From the NCBI GenBank assembly GCA_024626585.2, contig JANKJI020000004.1, positions 141,815,302-141,836,131 of the forward strand: DNA of 20,830 nt, read 5' to 3'. The notes under the pieces are model-generated. The model was not told the DNA's origin. It searched no databases and saw only the letters and a program-made list of their open reading frames with translations. This DNA is from Ginkgo biloba. Its lineage: Eukaryota; Plantae; Ginkgophyta. This document shows positions 11,264-20,830 of the stretch, one piece after another (the first letter of the stretch is position 1; the number at the start of each line of letters is the position of its first letter). The translations under genes were made by a program, and so were the position numbers.

Positions 11264-12350
11264 CCTACCCAATCAACTTTGTCCATTTAGGATACCCAGG
11301 CACTTGGTATCCATAATGCTCAAAAGGCTCGTAACTAGTGACCTACTCAGGAAGCCAATTGTGTTGTTCTATACACCTTTTTTATATTTCATTACGAAGT
11401 GAAACTATAATAGATAAGATTCCCACTTAATGTGGTGGTGATCCTATATTGATGTTTGAGACTCTAAGAACCACAATGGTTAATGATCAATGTGAAAAAC
11501 CATCANNNNNNNNNNNNNNNNNNNNNNNNNNNNNNNNNNNNNNNNNNNNGGATAAAGTTCTTTTTCATAAGTAGAATAGTGTGCTTTAGTATCAGAGAAT
11601 CTATGAGTGATATGCAACATGCTTCCCTCTCTATTTAGGCATTGCGTCCATAGCATATTGAGAGGCAATAGTCAACCTCAAATGGAAATGATATATCTAC
11701 AAGTGCTAGAATAGGAGTTGTGCATACTAACTCTTCAACTTTTCAAAGGTTCATTGTTGTGCTAAAGACCAAGAAAAGGGTTTGAGTTTCTTAGTAAGAT
11801 CATGGAAAGGAATAGCTAATTCCGGATATGAAGTTTTGAACTTTCTATAAAAGTTTGCCAGAGCCCAAGAAACTTGTCAAGTAATGCAAATTCATAGGAG
11901 GTGGCCAATCCCAAAATATTTGAACCTTGTGAGAATCCATATGCACTCCATCATGATCCACAAAAATGTCAAGGTAATGCACTAAAGTCTGTGCAAAATC
12001 ACATTTGGCCAACTTTGCACACAAATGATGGATGTACAACTAATTCAAGACTATTGACAAATGCTCAAGGTGTTTTGTCCACAATCTATTGGAAATAAGG
12101 ATGCCATCAAATATATCACCATAGGAGTCCAAGAAGGGCCTAAGAATGTCAATCATCCTCATGAAAGAATGTGGCGCATTTGGTCAACCCAAAAGGTAGG
12201 ACCATCCACTTATATTGTCCAAAGCATGTTTTGAAGACAGTTTTCCAAGTGTCCTCTAGCTTCACTCTAACCTGGTGAAAACTGGATTTAAGATTCATCT
12301 TGAAAAAATATTGGCCCTTCCTATAACTAGTCAATCAAGTCATCTATGCA
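11264..12350 (-). mobile_element. pol: Ty3/Gypsy pol relic: reverse transcriptase and RNase H (chromovirus, CRM-like)
   Basis: RT motifs: IDDLID*L, QYFFKMNLKSSFHQVRVKLEDTWKTVFKTCFGQYKWMVLPFGLT, ILRPFLDS..FDGILI (degenerate YxDD), AKLAKCDFAQTLVHYLD..DSHKVQIFWDWPPP..SFLG. RNase H motifs: YSTYEKELY..VFHIDH and HIKWESYLL*FHFVMKYKKG. Several frameshifts and stops. Confidence 0.95.
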
Positions 12351-12863
12351 TGTTTTTTTACTATAATACTATTCCTTTAAAGAGAAACAATTTGCAAATT
12401 CCATATATTTAGAACTATATTTTTTACCCTATATTCTTGAATTATGGTCATAGATGCTTCATGTGGAGAGCTACGGCTTTTTCCTTACAATCTTGATATT
12501 TTGTAAGAAGTAATATTTTAATTCAAATGGATCTTTTGGACAAGAGATCATTTTAAAATTAGTGTTTAAATGGCATTTAGGATATTAACTGGCTAATGCA
12601 TTTTCTTTTAATATTTTGAAAGCAACATATTTTAAATACAATCTTTTATTTATTAACTAGTATTGTCCATTGAGAGTGATAAAGAGTGAAATGAGTTATT
12701 AAGTGATAGAAGAACTTGACTTTCTTAGCCACCATCCATCAGTTGACATACAAATTCATGAAGCTACCCTTGTCCTAAGAAGTTATGGTCTATCCCATAC
12801 TCATTCTTCTCTCCCTCATCTTGCTAATTGAAGTTAGACTGGATGGCTCTCATTGTCGTACCA

Positions 12864-13302
12864 ACTCTAATAATATATTGTGTAGAATTAACTCCTTCCC
12901 TCTCATTCATTCTCTTCCTTATGTTGTAATTCCTTAACAAAGTTGGACTATCTAGACAATGCCATCATATCAACCTTATTAGAAAAATTCCTAACTATCC
13001 CTATTACTTTATCCCCTCTTATTATTTTGATTTCTTCTTTACCCATTTTCTTAACCATCTTATGAGGTGTGAATAACTAACAATTTTATTTTAAATAACT
13101 AACTCCCTAACTATTAGTCACCATTTATTCACTACAACCAACTATATTTTAATTTTTAGTATTCTTTATTCTTTGTAAATAAGGGAACCACCCTTATAAG
13201 ATGGAGAGAATAAGATCCTTACTGTTATAGTGAGCTTGTACCTTTATCTATATCATAGACCAAATCCTTATCCATCATAAGTACCCATCTGAGCCATCAA
13301 CA
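12864..13302 (-). mobile_element. Putative LTR with degenerate tRNA-Met PBS, inserted at the end of the Reina-like integrase relic
   Basis: Minus strand starts TGTTGATGG at 13302, exactly where integrase homology stops. It ends ...ttctaca(ca) at ~12880 and is followed by tattattagagt, an 8/12 match to TGGTATCAGAGC with mostly transition mismatches. Confidence 0.35.
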
Positions 13303-13795
13303 AAGATTAGTTTGAACAAATATGTTCTTCACTATAACCATTTTAAGGAACGATACATAGAATACATTATAAATATGAGAGGAGATGGGAAACTATAAAG
13401 AATATACAATTATACCAATTTATCTAAGAAGTTTGTATGGCCCATAATCTTGGTGATAACTTATTCCTTCCCTTCTGTTTGAGTGAAATTTGTTTATAGG
13501 GTTACAATATTAGATATACCCAATCATAATCTTAGAATTCTTGTTCACTTCTATTTTGTTCTTGTTCTTGTTTCATTTAATTATGTGATAAGTGTAGGTT
13601 TTCCTTAAACAATCTAATCATCTCTCGTTCTTACTAAAATTGTTCTACCACTTCATGAACCTTGGGATAATCTGGTGGGTAAATTTTAATACCTAGTGGT
13701 GTATATCCATATATAAAATCAAATGGATTTATCTTAATGGAGTTATGATAGGATGTATTATACCACCACTTGACCAAATGAAAGGAATTTTTCCA
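13303..13795 (-). mobile_element. pol: Ty3/Gypsy integrase C-terminal relic with GPY/F motif (chromovirus, Reina-like)
   Basis: Absent from the ORF track. Manual translation: WKNSFHLVKWWYNTSYHNSIKINPFDFIYGYTP...KVHEVVEQF**EREMIRLFKENLHLSHN*MKQ...RSEQEF*DYDWVYLIL*PYKQISLKQKGRNKLSPR/YGPYKLLR*IGIIVYSL.../YNVFYVSFLK. This matches the familiar WWYNTSYH, DWVYLRLQPY, KLSPRFYGPY and VFHVSxLK motifs. Confidence 0.93.
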
Positions 13796-14021
13796 TTAAT
13801 TTTGTTTATAAAAAATATAGCTTCAAATGTAAACACCATTATGAACCTGATGAGAACATTACAAATGAAATAAGAAACATTAATAGATTCCAAAATATTC
13901 CCTCAAAAATAGCTTAAAAATAAGGTGTTAAAAAAATTTATGTATACAATGACATATACTTTTAGAAAATGTTATGTTTTAGGATGATTTTGTACATTTA
14001 CTTGTAATTATCATTTATCAT

Positions 14022-14397
14022 CTTACCCACCCTAAGAAAAATATTAAAAGAAAAAAAAATTTAAAAAAATGAATAAAATTATTTTTGAGGGATGACAAGG
14101 GGCGCATGTCCCTCCCCCACCCCTAGATATTTTTGTGGGGCATCCATGGCCTTTGCCTCGACCCCCCTCCTCCACCTCTCACGACCACCCTTAAGCATGA
14201 TGGTGAGTATCGCACCTAGGGGCATGATACCACAACATAGGGGGTGGGTGGAGCAAGGTCGAGGGGTGTCTAGGGATTCCCCCCATAAAATAATAGGTGG
14301 ATGGTGGGAGAAGGGGGGGAGAACATGGCCATCCCTAAAAAATTAAAAAAACTATTTTTTTTAATCTTTATTTTCAATATTTTTTAGGGTGAGTAGG
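14022..14397. mobile_element. ~376-bp foldback (long imperfect inverted repeat); MITE/foldback-like element
   Basis: Left arm 14022-14183 (cttacccaccctaagaaaaatatt...tttttgagggatgac...tatttttgtggggcatcc...cctcgacc...ccacc) matches the reverse complement of right arm 14236-14397 (cctactcaccctaaaaaatatt...tttttagggatggc...tattttatgggggaatcc...cctcgacc...ccacc). No TSD is evident. Confidence 0.8.
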
Positions 14398-14425
14398 GTT
14401 TTAAGGGGACAGCAATGGCCATGCC

Positions 14426-14561
14426 TGTTATGAACCTCCATACCTATTACAAAAGATTAAGAGAAAATGAAATAACAACAAAAGAGAACTCAAATTATTG
14501 TATTACAAATCCACTTTGAGGGTGGAAACCTCCCATTACATGAGTGATAATAATTCTCCAA
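14426..14561 (-). mobile_element. Probable LTR end fragment
   Basis: Abrupt TGTTATGAACC boundary at 14426 followed by A-rich sequence resembling a reversed LTR U5 region. Truncated by a 100-N gap. Confidence 0.3.
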
Positions 14562-14661
14562 NNNNNNNNNNNNNNNNNNNNNNNNNNNNNNNNNNNNNNN
14601 NNNNNNNNNNNNNNNNNNNNNNNNNNNNNNNNNNNNNNNNNNNNNNNNNNNNNNNNNNNNN

Positions 14662-14829
14662 GTTTCCTTTTGTCTTTCTATCTAAATTTTCACCAAAGAA
14701 AGAGAGTTTTGCATCCTCTCATCCCATTCCAATCCACTCAATTTGTTTGATCTTGCACAAGTATAGAATCAATCTTTCTATTAGATTCTTAAATTAAATT
14801 AAGATTCTAAAATCTAATAGGTTTCAAGC
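14662..14829 (+). other. Probable 5' LTR end and degenerate tRNA-Met PBS of the downstream gag-protease element
   Basis: ...aatctaata ggtttcaagc (14819-14829) resembles CA-TGGTATCAGAGC and lies ~470 bp upstream of the gag ATG. An inverted repeat ctattagatt (14778-14787) / aatctaatag (14811-14820) sits immediately before it. Confidence 0.35.
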
Positions 14830-15294
14830 ACGTTTAGAGTTTTGATTGTGCATGTAAAAAGATTCCTTATTGATCCAAACTTATTTTCTCATTTTATATA
14901 TTCTCGTAAAAATAAAGAAAATAGGAAAAGGCATCGTGTAGACCAAGAAAGATGGTGTGCATACAGGAAAGGTGTTGCGCCTTCGAAACTCAAACTAAGA
15001 CTTTGATTTTCTCCAATCAAGTGAATTTTGTTTAGACTGTTTGACTTCTATAGACCGGACAGAACATCCAAGAGTTGTTGTTCACTCAATTTCAACTTTG
15101 AATCTCTATATTGATTGTACCTAAATTCTTCATAAGTCTTTCGCTTTCAAATCATAGGCTGTTGTTCAACAATTGGCCTTTATAGGACACATCAACTCAT
15201 TCGGATTCTATATTATAAGTGATTATATTTAACATGATTTTTATTGGTCTTTGCTCACAAATTGCTATAAGATTTTATTTAAGCAGGGAGGATC

Positions 15295-16830
15295 ATGGCT
15301 CCTAAGAAGAAAGTACGTCCAATTTTGACATTGATCCCTCTGGATCTAGAAAGAATTATGAAAAAATAATTTTAAAAACATGCAAATATCATGCAACTTA
15401 AAGTTCCTTGCAAGCACCAAATCCTCCTTCAAAGATTGTGCAATCTAAACAAAGTTGAAACCAAGATGGTGATCAAGCCTTATAATGAGGTGATAGATGT
15501 TGAAATTTTGGACAACTAGATACATAATCTAGTGGTATAATTTGAAGTTCAATCTTATAATGATGAGCAAAAAGTCTTGTTTTCCAAGATGAGGATGATA
15601 AGTGAAGTGTTAATATGGTGGGAATCTCATTGTATCACCCATACTAGAGTAGAAAATCCACCTTACAGATTGGGAGGAGTTCAAGAGGAAGATCCACAAG
15701 CAAATTTATCCAAGTGATTACTTGGACAATATAAAGAAGAAGTGGCACTAACCAAGATAGATCAAGGGTCAACGTGTGAAACAATATAGCATCAAATTCC
15801 TTCGACTCAGCATCAGACTTGCAAAAGAAGATTCTANNNNNNNNNNNNNNNNNNNNNNNNNNNNNNNNNNNNNNNNNNNNNNNNNNNNNNNNNNNNNNNN
15901 NNNNNNNNNNNNNNNNNNNNNNNNNNNNNNNNNNNNNNNNNNNNNNNNNNNNNNNNNNNNNNNNNNNNNNNNNNNNNNNNNNNNNNNNNNNNNNNNNNNN
16001 NNNNNNNNNNNNNNNNNNNNNNNNNNNNNNNNNNNNNNNNNNNNNNNNNNNNNNNNNNNNNNNNNNNNNNNNNNNNNNNNNNNNNNNNNNNNNNNNNNNN
16101 NNNNNNNNNNNNNNNNNNNNNNNNNNNNNNNNNNNNNNNNNNNNNNNNNNATCATAAAAGGTTACAAGCTAAATCCTTAGTGGTGAATAAAAAAAATAAA
16201 AAATCAGAGATAAATAATCTTGAAGAGCAAAGAATGTTGGATCCCAATCTTGTTCTTATGACATCTTTCATCACAAAAGTGAATCAGGAGAGCTTATTTC
16301 TACTAAGGGATCAAGTGCAGAACCTATTAGTCCATGTGATATTTGACAACAATAGCATGAAGAACCTCATATTTTCTTCCATAGTGGCTANNNNNNNNNN
16401 NNNNNNNNNNNNNNNNNNNGCCCAACTCCTTATACCTTGTGATGGACATCCACATATGGATAGAAAGCTAAAGTGGAAAGGTTTGCATTGTAAAGTTTGA
16501 CATTACTTCTTACATAGATACAATCACATGTGATGTTGTCGAAATGGGTTGTTGTGATATTCCTTTTGTCAAACCTTATCTATTTGACAGGTATGTAAAT
16601 TACAATTTTTGAATGAATACTTACAGATTGAAGAAGGATGGAAAAATTTATATTCTTCCTTNNNNNNNNNNNNNNNNNNNNNNNNNNNNNNNNNNNNNCA
16701 ACTAAGACACTTATGAGTGCTCATAAGTGTATAACACGGTTTCTACTGCAGTCATTACCAATGGAGACCTATATGAATCGCATGACTAAAGAGGATACCA
16801 CTCTTCCAATACTTCAACAACAATGGGATA
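15295..16830 (+). mobile_element. gag: Ty3/Gypsy gag and aspartic protease relic (CRM-like)
   Basis: Gag-like: MAPKKK..., KMVIKPYNEVIDVEILDN*IHNLVV*FEVQSYNDEQKVLFSKMRMISEVLIWWES, DWEEFKRKIHKQIYPSDY..KWH*PR*IKGQRVKQYSIKF. Protease-like: VHVIFDNNSMKNLI, PTPYTL*W, VKFDITSYIDTITCDVVEMGCCDIPFVKPYLFDR..NTYRLKKDGK. Confidence 0.9.
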
Positions 16831-17664
16831 AAGGCATTGGGGATCATACTCTTCCTCAAGAAAGATTAAAATCTCAAAATATGGAGTGTTTTACTCAAGG
16901 GGACCTATCAACAACATCTCCTACCATGACATCTAAACATGGAGATCCAATTGCAAATAAGGCCATAGCTTGTTTTCACATGGTTCCTTATTCTTCACCT
17001 TTAGGAGAAAGAATTTCAATGTCCACAACACATGGGCAAAATAGGAAAGATACACTTTACATATGCATTTTTCCACCTTGACATACTCTTCCTCAAGATC
17101 ACACCTTTTACTTGTACATCCATCTTCATCAACACCTTCTAGGATGACAAATGATTGCATACTTCCTCCACGATAACCTTGAGTTTACCATACCTTTTTG
17201 GTTTATAATGGAGACCATCATAATCTAAGCAGGTAGGAATCACATATGACCAAAGGTCTTATCAATATTTTTTAGAATTAAATAATTAATTAATTAATAA
17301 ATTGTGAGCAAGGATGAGATAAACCAATTGACTACTATCTCTATCTTTGCCAAAATAACATTAATTATCTTTTTTTACAATAAGAATAATCACATGCAAG
17401 ATGAACACACAAAAGCATGCATATAAGCTATTTGTAGCTTATGAAATCTTATAAATACTTAAGCAACTTGAGTTTTGTTAACCCCCACATTGCACCAAGC
17501 AATCTAAGTGTTAATCCTCAGCCAGATTGTATCAAGCTGAATTCATCAGTTGGAACCGTCAGGANNNNNNNNNNNNNNNNNNNNNNNNNNNNNNNNNNNN
17601 NNNNNNNNNNNNNNNNNNNNNNNNNNNNNNNNNNNNNNNNNNNNNNNNNNNNNNNNNNNNNNNN

Positions 17665-18412
17665 GCACTTTTCACATCCATATGATTCACTTTCCACCCA
17701 AATTGGGTTGCAATAGATAGAATCAATCTAATAGTCACCATTTTTTCTGTTGGTGCAAAGGTCTCTTCATAATCAATTCCAACCTTCTGAGTGAACCCCT
17801 TTGCAACAAGCCTAGCTTTATACTTGTCCAAAGACCCATCTTCTTCATATTTTTTCCTATATACCCATTTACATCCTATGGCTTCCTTGCCTTATAGAAA
17901 CTCTACAAGGACCCAAGTTTTGTTTTTTTGCAATGCATCAAATATACCCATTTACTTATGGCTTCCTTGCCTTCTGGCAACTCTGCAAGGCCGCAAGTTT
18001 TGTTTTTTTGCAATGTATCAAATCGTACCTTCATTGCCTATCTCCATTCTTCTTTTTCTTTTGCTTCATTATAACAACTTGGATCAAATGAATTTAAAAT
18101 AGTATTCATTAGGGAAAAAATTACCTATTGCCTTCTCTTTGGTCTTCCTTCTAAACTATTAATAAGTTCATCTAACTTGGCATCTTTCACAGTGGTATAG
18201 TACTACTTTGGCCTTGACTCTTCTTTCTTTTCTGGGGGAGATTCAAGCTTCTTTTTTGCTACTCTCCTTCTGTAAACAATCGGAGACTTGTTTCCTTTCC
18301 CTTCTTCCTCTTTAGGCTCCTCTTCATCCTCTTTCTCATTAGCAGGTAGAAAGCTAACTTGCTCAAATGTTGGTTTTTCAATCACAACAACATCATGCCT
18401 AGCTACTACCAT
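17665..18412 (-). mobile_element. pol: Ty1/Copia pol relic: post-integrase linker and RT N-terminus
   Basis: VVARHDVVVIE (xxSRDVxFxE-like), [107 protein letters not shown]. These are canonical Copia RT (RVT_2) motifs. Confidence 0.96.
17861..18023. repeat. ~80-bp tandem duplication within the Copia RT start
   Basis: atacccatttac..tatggcttccttgcctt...caagttttgtttttttgcaatg(c/t)atcaaat occurs at 17861-17943 and 17944-18023 (gcttccttgc at 17881 and 17961). Confidence 0.93.
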
Positions 18413-18456
18413 GTTGTTTTTTCAATCATACAGCCATGATCTTGCTCCTTTGTCAC

Positions 18457-18765
18457 TTTAAATTGTAAAATTGGGAGGAGTCGAGTGTTGCAATTGAGAG
18501 TTGCTATTGTCTCCTCCCAATGATTGAGTGTAAAGGAGTTGTTTCTTGCTAAGACGCCATGATGACTTTCTAGGCACACGAGGTTATAGAACATGATTTA
18601 AGTCTGATGGCCAATGAGTGGTCACAATTTGTAGTTCATGTAGATGGAAAGATTTCACTAGCATAGTAGTGTTTGTAGGCTGAGGGGTTAATTACGATGG
18701 TAGAAATGCAAATCATTTATATGTGGTATCTAGCTATGGTCAAAATTCTCAAAAGGTTTGAGTTT
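18457..18765 (+). pseudogene. Extra ORF fragment (copy C), inverted homologue of copy B
   Basis: MMTF*AHEVIEHDLSLMANEWSQFVVHVDGKISLA**CL*AEGLITMVEMQIIYMWYLAMVKILKRFE. By hand count, 141/198 nt are identical to the minus strand of ~9305-9502. Confidence 0.8.
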
Positions 18766-19033
18766 TATAGTAGACAACATCATTAGAAGGTTCCTCAAGA
18801 GTACTTGATGCATTAGGCATTGATGCCCTCTTCTTGTTACACATGCTGCAAGGAGGGACCACTCATGTTACAGCCCAAAAAAGTAAAGTTACCTTGTTAA
18901 AAGTAACTAAACCAAAGGTTTCTTTAGAAGCTANNNNNNNNNNNNNNNNNNNNNNNNNNNNNNNNNNNNNNNNNNNNNNNNNNNNNNNNNNNNNNNNNNN
19001 NNNNNNNNNNNNNNNNNNNNNNNNNNNNNNNNN

Positions 19034-20446
19034 CAGGAAGGACAAGGTATGGTCATTTTCCTAAAAGGAATGGCACTGGACCTAGAAGTTGTATTGGCGA
19101 TTGCTTCCTTGCTGGCCCCTAAGGATGCTATTGGAGTTTGTTTTCTCTTGGGTAAATTTGGCTATTATTGATGCTTGATTCGGAATTATTCTAATGTGAC
19201 AACACCATTAAATAATTTACTCAAAAAAGATGAATGCCAAATGACCTTGGACCGATTGAAGGCANNNNNNNNNNNNNNNNNNNNNNNNNNNNNNNNNNNN
19301 NAAAAGGAGTTCCTGCTAATGACATATGGCAACTTCGAATCCATGTTTGTTATTCTTCTTCATACCAATGAATAAGGCAGAAAGAGACCAATTTATTATG
19401 TTGGGCAGAAATATACAGACCTAGAGACAAGGTAGTACATAATACAGAGAAACATTGGTGTTAATCTATGCCATTGGGAAAATATGGAGCTATTTGCTTT
19501 CAAATCATATTAAGTGGCTTGTAGACATTAACCCCCTACGGTCTTTGTNNNNNNNNNNNNGCCAAGCTAGATTTCAAGGATAAGTAGCTAAGTGGGTTCT
19601 AATTCTTCAAGAATTTGATTTTGAAATTGTGACTAAGGAGAATTGGGGGCACTGTATGGTAGAAGATTTTTCCAACTTGATTACCAATAATTCAACTTTA
19701 GTCAAACTGGTCATATTTGAAGTAGTTGCTTTCCTTGATGAAATACTTTTTTGGGTGCACAAGCACATAGTTTAGTATGATGCCATATGCTAGTCCCTTC
19801 TTACATAGTTATTTTAAGACCATTTTATTGAGGCAGTCGAAGGATCAAGATTTAGAGCTCTCACTATGCTTAGATAGGTGGGGCTCTTTATGGAAGAAAT
19901 GTCGACGATGTTTTATTGCAGCGCATGGATCAAGACCAAGCTCAGGAGATCTTGAAACAGTCCCATGAAGGATTATGTGGTGGCCATTTTTCTATGGAGA
20001 AAATGGCCTGTAAGGTGATTAGGGTTGGATTTTATTGGGCTAGAGTATTTAAATATGTATATGCTTATGCTAAGGCTTGTAAATATTGTTGATGAATGCC
20101 CGGTGGGTAATACTTCCAAGTCTTCCCTTGTGGCCTATTGTGCCAACTGTACCTTTCATTGAGTGGGGTTTGGACTATATTGATGTGCCAGTGCCTTCTT
20201 TAGTTGGCCACAATCAGATTATCATGGCAAAAAACTATTAAACAAAATGGGCTAAGGCAGATCCCACATGGAGGGCAAAGGCCGATGCCACATTTCACTT
20301 CATCATTATATGCAATATCGTCTGTTCATTCAGTGTTCCATTAGAGTTGGTCTCGGATTGGAGCTCTCATTTTTGGAATGAAGTAATGTAAGAGTTAATC
20401 GGGCAATTCCAGACAAAACATAGGTTTTCTTCCTCCTATCATCCTT
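19034..20446 (+). mobile_element. pol: Ty3/Gypsy pol relic: RT connection, RNase H and integrase (non-chromovirus, Athila-like)
   Basis: RT connection: LLGKFGYY*CLIRNYSNVTTPLNNLLKKD. RNase H region: GRKRPIYYVGQKY, G*VAKWVLILQEFDFEIV, AFLDEILF. Integrase zinc finger: SHEGLCGGHFSMEKMACKVIRVGFYW..ACKYC. Core: LPLWPIVPTVPFIEWGLDYI..NY*TKWAKA..VPLELVSDWSSHFWN..KHRFSSSYHP. No additional (archaeal-type) RNase H lies between RH and INT, which argues against Ogre/Retand. Confidence 0.95.
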
Positions 20447-20558
20447 NNNNNNNNNNNNNNNNNNNNNNNNNNNNNNNNNNNNNNNNNNNNNNNNNNNNNN
20501 NNNNNNNNNNNNNNNNNNNNNNNNNNNNNNNNNNNNNNNNNNNNNNNNNNNNNNNCTA

Positions 20559-20830
20559 TGTAATCCTATCAACTTGAATCTAAAAATTCAAGACAAATAG
20601 ATATTGGTCACACACAAATCTTTACATAGAGTCACATGTTTTTTAACTGGAGAAATCCTCTTGGGGAATAAAATTCCACAATGGCATTAAATTCTCTTTC
20701 AACAAGAATTGACACCCAATTGTGCCTATACTTCTATTTAAGGAATGCAACCCACAAAGGTTTGCATAATATAAACATATTAAATTATGGTGTGGAGCTT
20801 TTCGGTCTCATAATAACTCTCTCACACTCT
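20559..20830 (-). mobile_element. Probable Copia-type LTR 3' portion (runs off the window)
   Basis: TGTAATCC boundary at 20559. ttttaactggagaaatcctcttggggaataaaattccac (20641-20679) resembles the reverse complement of the GTGGTTTTTCCC...GGGTTTTCCACGTTAAA motif common in plant Copia LTRs. Confidence 0.45.

Noticed and set aside
14092-14346. 84-aa ORF as a gene
   Set aside because: It lies within the GC-rich foldback, where stops are rare by composition, and has no recognisable motif.
15769-16180. Long ORFs spanning N-runs (also at 3192-3548, 14498-14797 and others)
   Set aside because: Their length comes from undefined codons.
11264-16830. CRM-like RT/RH and gag-protease as one continuous element
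   Set aside because: They are on opposite strands and separated by unrelated relics and an unsized gap. Separate insertions are simpler, though an inversion or mis-join is not excluded.
17422-17441. Short hairpin ataagcta-tttg-tagcttat as a terminator or ncRNA
   Set aside because: An 8-bp AT-rich stem is expected by chance in 20 kb of AT-rich DNA.
17480-17490. Minus-strand atgtggggg as the PPT of the Copia relic
   Set aside because: It is separated from the RT by an unsized gap, no RNase H sequence is visible before it, and no TG LTR start follows.

Overview
AT-rich, gene-free plant nuclear heterochromatin-type DNA from a gapped draft assembly (19 N-runs, six of exactly 100 N). It is a mosaic of decayed LTR retrotransposon pieces with no intact host gene, RNA gene or CRISPR array. 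Recognisable relics are a CRM-like Ty3/Gypsy RT-RNase H (11264-12350, -), a Reina-like Gypsy integrase C-terminus (13303-13795, -), a CRM-like gag-protease (15295-16830, +), a Ty1/Copia INT-RT segment (17665-18412, -) and an Athila-like Gypsy RT-RH-INT (19034-20446, +), plus LTR fragments. The element types suggest a large-genome non-flowering vascular plant such as a gymnosperm (inference). Three things are not explained by standard TE domains. (1) Three decayed copies of an unnamed extra ORF family with plant-mobile-domain-like motifs; two copies show a clear codon-position conservation signature. (2) About 7.5 copies of a 155-bp tandem repeat, each carrying two related stem-loops, inside a TG...CA-bounded segment. 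(3) A ~376-bp foldback element. All translations and counts were done by eye and no database searches were run.
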